Positions 1 through 5,114 of a stretch of 5,114 nt of DNA are shown piece after piece. A model generated the notes under the pieces. The model saw only the letters and a list, made by a program, of their open reading frames with translations. It did no database searches and was not told the origin of the DNA. Position 1 is the first letter of the stretch; every line of letters starts with the position of its first letter. The position numbers were made by a program, and so were the translations under genes. Location: NCBI GenBank assembly GCA_963693365.1, contig CAVNZM010000129.1, positions 1-5,114 on the forward strand, read 5' to 3'. This stretch comes from Amoebidium appalachense (Eukaryota > Protista > Ichthyosporea).

Positions 1-88
1 GCTTAAACCCTTGGCAAATTTCCTTGAAGCAGAAGTCGCCTCCTTTCTATCTAACAACTGTTGTAAACCTGGGCCTGTAACGCTCTCG

Positions 89-108
89 ATATATGGTCTG
101 GTCCCAAT
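89..108. repeat. 20-bp perfect direct repeat, copy 1 (ATATATGGTCTGGTCCCAAT)
   Basis: Identical 20-mer at 955-974; the immediate flanks differ between copies. Confidence 0.95.
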
Positions 109-626
109 TCGATGGCCAATAAGCCGGAATAGAATGCACACGACTATACCCGTAGGAACATGTCAGTGTAAATATTGCTTGTAAATATGTAATGCTGTTT
201 TCACGGTGATAGTCTTTGTTTGAGCTACACCTCCCAAATCCATGCCACATATACGTTATACACATCAATACCCCCATCCACACTCGAACCATTACATTTG
301 TTTTAAATCTATCATGGCACTGATTAATACCCATGCACACACACTTCATTATATCGTTTGGGGTTCGGGCACACACATACCTTCTAGCACCGTATGACCC
401 ACTGCATGCACGTATGGCTGGATGCAATGAAGGGTGCCGGCCGGTCTGTGGCCTGGTGGATCCGTAAATGTTGAAAATGGGTCCAGAAATGCTGGGCCAG
501 GCCACAATGCATCCTCCCCCCCCTCCCCCCCTACACACACACACACATCGTGCACGTGTACGTATGTACAGGCAGGCACGTGTACCGTAACGGTAATGGT
601 GTACGCGCGCGCACAGCCATATGCAA

Positions 627-823
<197 letters not shown>

Positions 824-954
824 AGCCTACCGGGAGGTTTAAAAATGAAGCCATTTTGGGGCTTGAGTCAGCCTCCAACGGATCGATGCATGGCGCCGTT
901 TTCAAATGTTTGTTTACATGACCATTTATGGCAAAGAATGTCGCCATTATGACC

Positions 955-974
955 ATATATGGTCTGGTCCCAAT
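955..974. repeat. 20-bp perfect direct repeat, copy 2
   Basis: Identical to 89-108, 866 bp downstream. Confidence 0.95.
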
Positions 975-1157
975 AGCTGCTAGAGTATCCTATCTCGCGC
1001 TGAAATTCAATAAGCACATAAGCCGCTTAAAGAAGTATTTGCCCTCCCACCCTCTCTTCTCTATCCGACCTGTCCCCTCCTCACCCCTCTCCCCTCTTTC
1101 CTCCCCTCTCTCTCCCCTTCTCCCCTGGGCACAAATACAAATAAACCCCGCAATAGT

Positions 1158-1726
1158 GTGTGTGTGACTTTGGACTGCCACTTACTTGTTAAACATGTAC
1201 ACAATCACAAGATAATCACGCAATATAACAAATGGAAAAAGATACCACACGACACTAGACCCGATGAAAGCATACACCTTGAAAAACTAAGCCTTATGTC
1301 TCGTTTTATATATACTGACCGCCTCAACCATATTGCCAAATATGGCACTCGCAAGTGTATAACACCTAAATACATATTACCTTCCTGTAGAACTGGTCTT
1401 TCTCTAGCTGATGGTATTATTGATCAATTACCACGCTTTTACTGTACACGTGCTATACAGTGGAGATCTAATAAGTATAAGGTGGCATCATTTGCATGCC
1501 CAAACAACACACACACACACCAGTTTAACCGGTCATGTATCGCCAAATGTAGTTTGATAGACCACATAATACCGCAACACACACACGTCACATTCACAAC
1601 AGACACCCAGAAAGATAGCCTACCTGTAAATTACAACATCCTTGATTTTATACTAAACACGCGTAACTACGACCTGTTTATTAGATGTATTGATTGGCTT
1701 GAGAAACACATCACTACAAAATTATA

Positions 1727-1727
<1 letters not shown>
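1158..1727 (+). pseudogene. C-terminal fragment of a LINE ORF2-like protein (post-RT region with degenerate Cys/His knuckle)
   Basis: 189 open codons in AT-rich, largely non-repetitive sequence. Motif string RAIQWR...CP..THTHQFNRSCIAKC...NYNILDFILN..YDLF..CIDWL resembles, from memory, the C-termini of reverse-transcriptase ORFs in early-diverging fungi. The RT core (YxDD) is absent; stop TAG at 1725-1727. Confidence 0.6.

Positions 1728-1729
<2 letters not shown>

Positions 1730-1797
<68 letters not shown>
1730..1797. repeat. (CA)34 microsatellite
   Basis: Directly visible, starting 2 nt after the ORF stop codon. Confidence 0.98.
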
Positions 1798-1798
<1 letters not shown>

Positions 1799-1834
1799 CC
1801 AGCTGATACCGAGTGTCCCGAGGGAAGCCCCTTT

Positions 1835-1876
1835 AAAAAAAAAAAAAAAAAAAAAAAATTAAAATTAAAATTAAAA

Positions 1877-1923
<47 letters not shown>
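1835..1923 (+). repeat. Poly(A) tract interrupted by TTAAAA units; candidate retroposon tail
   Basis: A24, then TTAAAATTAAAATTAAAAAT, then a further long A run ending at 1923. Confidence 0.9.
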
Positions 1924-1924
<1 letters not shown>

Positions 1925-1989
1925 GGGGAACCCCAACTAATTGATTTCTCCTTGTAGTCTTTATGGTGTCTCGTAGAGAAAGTAAACCC

Positions 1990-2381
1990 TGATATATAGT
2001 CACCACCCGACATCTATGTACGTGATCATGATATACCGCTGAGGGGATATTCCGAGCAAAACCCCCCCCATACCTGAGACTGGTTCTCTTTGCCTCGAGT
2101 AAACAGCGTAAACCCCATATATATATATAGACATATAGGCTAATATCCGAACACCGTGTCTAGATATGTATTCTATATCCACATTGATATCTAATACTCA
2201 ACCGTTGCATGTATATCCTAAGGACTAATCTAATATATGAGTTATATCTAATCGGATATATCACTTCCGTATCTGGATATGCACTAGATATCCAGTATGA
2301 TATAATTTAACAGTCCATTAAATATATATCTCGATGACTAGTCTAATATATAAATGATGCCCATTTGGATATGCAATATCC
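1990..2381. repeat. Cryptic array of GATAT/ATATC (often GGATAT/ATATCC) motifs in both orientations
   Basis: About 16 sites by eye (e.g. 2046, 2143, 2175, 2186, 2213, 2254, 2275, 2287, 2367, 2376). Longer repeats: GACTARTCTAATATAT at 2223 and 2336, TGGATATGCA at 2274 and 2366. Confidence 0.75.
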
Positions 2382-2508
2382 TCCTTCCCCCCCCCCCCCC
2401 CCCACTTCCTTCTCCTTCTCCTTCCCCCTTCCCCCCCCCCCCCCCCCCACCCTGTTGTTGGGATCCTGGCACTTGCTCAACGACGGCAGCACAAGTCTTT
2501 ATGTACAC

Positions 2509-2569
2509 GTCATGCCCCACAGGAGCATGACCAGTTTTATCTAAGTCATGCTCCCCAGGAGCATATGAC
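2509..2569. repeat. Two tandem copies of an imperfect palindrome GTCATGCYCCMCAGGAGCAT(AT)GAC
   Basis: Unit 1 at 2509-2531, unit 2 at 2545-2569; GGAGCATGAC (2522-2531) is also the exact reverse complement of GTCATGCTCC (2545-2554). Confidence 0.9.
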
Positions 2570-2727
2570 ACACACACAAAGACTATAATTTAACACTTAC
2601 TTTTGATCATGAACTATTACATGGTCCAGTGACCCTCTTGCTTACAAACTACACATGTTTTTTTGTTACTACTATAAGACTTATTAATAAAGAAAAAAAA
2701 AACACAAGGGCACAATCAAAGATAATT

Positions 2728-2759
<32 letters not shown>

Positions 2760-2761
2760 GG

Positions 2762-3265
2762 TTAATCTTCCTTGCTTTTTTTGGTGGCGCGTTCCTCATC
2801 CTCCTCCTCATTGCGCACCCTCTTCTTGCTGCCCCTCACCCTCGCTGCCCTCGGCCTCGCTGCCGTCGGCCCCATCGCGCACGCTGACGTCGCCGTCCCT
2901 GTCCCCCTCTTCCTCGATGACATCAGCACCCACACCGCCGTCGGCCGTGTTCTTCACTTGCTCACGCTCGCTAGTCTCATCCTCGGGCTCGCTGTTGCTG
3001 CCATCTCCGCTGACCTGGCCACCGCTGCCGTCAGCCTCAACCGCATCCTCATCACGGCCGCCATCCTTGTCAGGCCCCGGCTGCAAGGGGGAGTCGGGGG
3101 GCTGCAGTTCTTGCTCGCCTGGGCTGTCATCCTTTTGGCGTTGCCCCCCTTGCCCACCTCTAAGGCCACCTTGGCCTTGGCGCTTGCAGCCCTCTGGGCC
3201 AACTTCTTGGCCTGTTGCTGGTCAGCCTTGAGCGTGACCTTGACCTTCTCCCAGTTCTTGATGTA
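2762..3265 (-). pseudogene. Terminal exon of an unknown spliced gene: Lys/Ala helix, long acidic linker, basic NLS-like C-terminus; frameshifted
   Basis: Acceptor ...CATATACAG| at 3266; GC-rich with biased codons. Reads YIKNWEKVKVTLKADQQQAKKLAQRAASAKAK, then an Asp/Glu/Gly-rich tract in a shifted frame, then SKKRVRNEEEDEERATKKSKED-TAA (2764-2762) back in the first frame. Confidence 0.75.
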
Positions 3266-3744
3266 CTGTATATGGGGGGTATGTGCAAGCATGAATGATA
3301 AAAGGTTATAGAAATGGGGCGGAGGGAGGAGGGGGCGGTGGGGGGGGGGGGGGGGGGAGGGTAAATGTTAGTACCCAATATGTTTCAAGTCCAACAGCTA
3401 TGTAAGAAAGATCAACTGAACACCCATCTAACAAGGTGTATACGGGGTGAAGCAGGCGACAGTTCCCTAAGTCTTAGCAGGATTCTAAACAGTAAATGTT
3501 GGGTACAAACTGTTTGCAGACACCTAGGACACAAAAAGTAAACCATACCACTTGGCAAGTACTGTTCAAAAGTTTACAAGAAGATAAGTGCCAATAAAGC
3601 ATAAAACAACCACTAAAATAAAGGATTAACACTGCATGTGTACAGCTTGAACAATAGATATAGGGTTGACGATTTAGGGGGGGGGGGGGGGTGCAACTAG
3701 CCATTCCACAAATATAAAAATAAAAGGTTACACAGCACACACAC
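3266..3744 (-). other. Spliceosomal GT-AG intron, phase 0, 479 nt
   Basis: Donor AAGCAG|GTGTGT at 3744 and acceptor TACAG| at 3266; AT-rich with poly-C tracts. Splicing joins ...LSTIKQ to YIKNWEK... in frame. Confidence 0.7.
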
Positions 3745-3919
3745 CTGCTTGATGGTGGACAGCCTGGCGCCCCCGTTGTAGTCACCACCGACATCATAGT
3801 TGACGTGGGCCCATTGGATGGGGGTAGGCAGGCACTTGTGGGCGTTGGGGTCCTTCAGCAACGACTCCAGGCAGAAAAACGACCATGCTAAAAAACTTGG
3901 GGTATTTCTCAGCGATGCC
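3745..3919 (-). CDS. Internal exon of the same unknown gene
   Basis: Acceptor CAACAG| at 3920 after a CA-rich tract; GC-rich. Encodes ...LAWSFFCLESLLKDPNAHKCLPTPIQWAHVNYDVGGDYNGGARLSTIKQ. The 5' part reads ASLRNTPSF in frame, or GIAEKYPKF if one base of the T6 run (3890-3895) is extra. Confidence 0.65.
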
Positions 3920-3923
3920 CTGT

Positions 3924-3984
3924 TGTGTGTGTGATGGCAGCGTTTGTGCCGGTGTGTGTTTGTGTGTGTTGGCAGTGTGTGTGT

Positions 3985-4037
<53 letters not shown>
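3924..4037. repeat. Imperfect (GT)n followed by G39, intronic
   Basis: Directly visible; G run at 3999-4037. Confidence 0.95.
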
Positions 4038-4038
<1 letters not shown>

Positions 4039-4423
4039 GGGGAGATTTAGTGTCAAATAGTGTCTCATGATGAGGCAAGTGCTCGGGAAGAACAGAGAGG
4101 GGGGGGGGGGGGGGTCAAGTGAAGGGAAGAGGAAATGAAAAAAAGATAGACAGATAAGAGAGAGACAAAGGCAGCGACAAGAGGGGGGGAGACAGAGAGA
4201 GGCGGGGAAAAAAGTCGCCTAATAGCAGTACACAGAACTGATCAACGACATATATACACAATGTTTATACATATATATAGCACACACACACACACACACT
4301 GATGCACACTACCACCCACACACACAGAACACGATTCACCAAAGTAACCAAGTGAGCGGGAAGAGAGATCAGCAAACAGCAAATTAGTTTATGATAGAAC
4401 TTAAGGCAAGCCTTTGGGAAGCT

Positions 4424-4427
4424 GTGT

Positions 4428-4466
<39 letters not shown>

Positions 4467-4506
4467 TTTCTTTTTTTTTTTTTTTGGAGGGGGGGGGGGG
4501 GGGGGG
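4424..4506. repeat. Compound (GT)n / T15 / G18 tract, intronic
   Basis: Directly visible; abuts the candidate donor at 4509. Confidence 0.95.
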
Positions 4507-4509
4507 TAC

Positions 4510-4640
4510 CAGTGTCGTGGAATTGGTTATGTCGGAATGTCGAGGTTGGCAGTCATGTACCAGCACCGAACAATCTTGCGGTCAGCCATGTGCGCTGCTG
4601 CTGCTTGCTAGAAGACTCACCCGAGTGCATCATCTCCCAC
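4510..4640 (-). pseudogene. Candidate disrupted upstream exon
   Basis: Strong polypyrimidine tract and CCCCGTGCAG| acceptor at 4641; GC-rich. Fragments WEMMHSGE and AAAAHMADRKIVRCWYMTANLDIPT lie in different frames. Possible donors are GTACCC at 4509 or GTGAGT at 4620. Confidence 0.45.
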
Positions 4641-4825
4641 CTGCACGGGGGAAAGTGAAGCGTGACCAGTGAGAAGGAGGAAAAGTGAGAGGCAGTTTGA
4701 AATAGGAAATAAGGGGAATAAAGCTGAAAAGTTTGTTGTTTCTTTTTGGCCGGGGGGGGGGGGGGGGGGGGGACAAAACGCCCCATGAGGTTTAACTTGA
4801 AAACATCAAAAGGACAGAATCTTAC

Positions 4826-5114
4826 ATTGTCATACCTGCAGCAGCACTCTAAACTTTCGATGCCGGCAAGTGGTTACCGACTAACCTCGTATGTGTCAGT
4901 GGGGTACGTTGCGTGCAACGTGTAGGAGTGGGCGCTAACAGACCTTATCACACAGGTAAAAAGTCAAACGTGCACATGTCATGATAGATGGGTGCCCCAC
5001 TACACATGCTGGGCAATAAGGACGGCACACATTTGTTAAAACAATGAAACAAAGGAGGGCACAACCTTCCAACAATGGTTGCCGAGAAGTTTTGTATGCA
5101 CCAGCCCTTATGAA
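4826..5114 (-). pseudogene. Possible further degenerate exons (~4826-4934 and 5066-5114)
   Basis: Donor-like sites AAT|GTAAGA (4825), CAG|GTATGA (4835) and AAG|GTTGTG (5065). Peptide fragments KLLGNHCWK, AHSYTLHATYPTDTYE and AGIESLECCCRYDN; phases do not join cleanly. Confidence 0.3.

Larger units (their letters stand above)
1158..1923 (+). mobile_element. Probable 5'-truncated non-LTR retrotransposon (LINE) 3' end
   Basis: Intronless, ATG-less long ORF, then a short 3' UTR containing (CA)n, then a long poly(A)-like tail on the same strand. No convincing target-site duplication found. Confidence 0.6.

Noticed and set aside
448-490. Pol III A-box-like TGGCCTGGTGG suggesting a tRNA or SINE
   Set aside because: No GTTCRA B-box at suitable spacing and no cloverleaf.
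47-544. 165-aa - strand ORF
   Set aside because: Starts in a microsatellite, has no recognisable motif and lacks the GC/codon bias of the credible exons.
2509-2569. CRISPR-like palindromic repeats
   Set aside because: Only two non-identical units with a 13-nt gap, no cas genes, and a eukaryotic context.
2629-3311. + strand 200-aa and 179-aa ORFs, one appearing membrane-like
   Set aside because: Antisense shadows of the GC-rich Lys/Glu/Asp-coding - strand exon.
4535-4590. ADRKIVRCWYMTANLDIP resembling an hAT transposase N-terminal segment
   Set aside because: Too short, and no DDE, CxxH or dimerisation motifs appear in the downstream exons.
4384-4672. Overlapping short ORFs with VCVC, FFFF and GGGG runs
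   Set aside because: Simple-repeat artefacts; the same applies to 1714-2013, 2338-2577 and 3885-4070.
4870-4878. Second GNH-encoding triplet (LVGNH)
   Set aside because: Lies in a short stop-bounded frame different from the flanking peptide fragments; probably coincidental.

Overview
Eukaryotic, microsatellite- and homopolymer-rich DNA with no prokaryotic gene organisation, so most of the supplied ORFs are artefacts of simple repeats. Two real coding signals converge. (1) A + strand 189-codon ORF (1158-1727) followed by (CA)34 and a ~89-nt A-rich tail, best read as the 3' end of a 5'-truncated non-LTR retrotransposon. (2) A spliced - strand gene of unknown function entering from the right edge (candidate exons near 5066-5114, 4826-4934, 4510-4640, 3745-3919 and 2762-3265), with GT-AG introns, several frameshifts and an acidic/basic C-terminal tail. 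Between them lie a dense two-orientation GATAT/ATATC motif array (~1990-2381) and a duplicated palindrome (2509-2569), where the strand polarity of the long C/G tracts flips; this may be the end of a DNA transposon carrying the - strand gene. A perfect 20-bp direct repeat (89-108, 955-974) is unexplained. All family assignments come from motif recognition by eye, not database searches.
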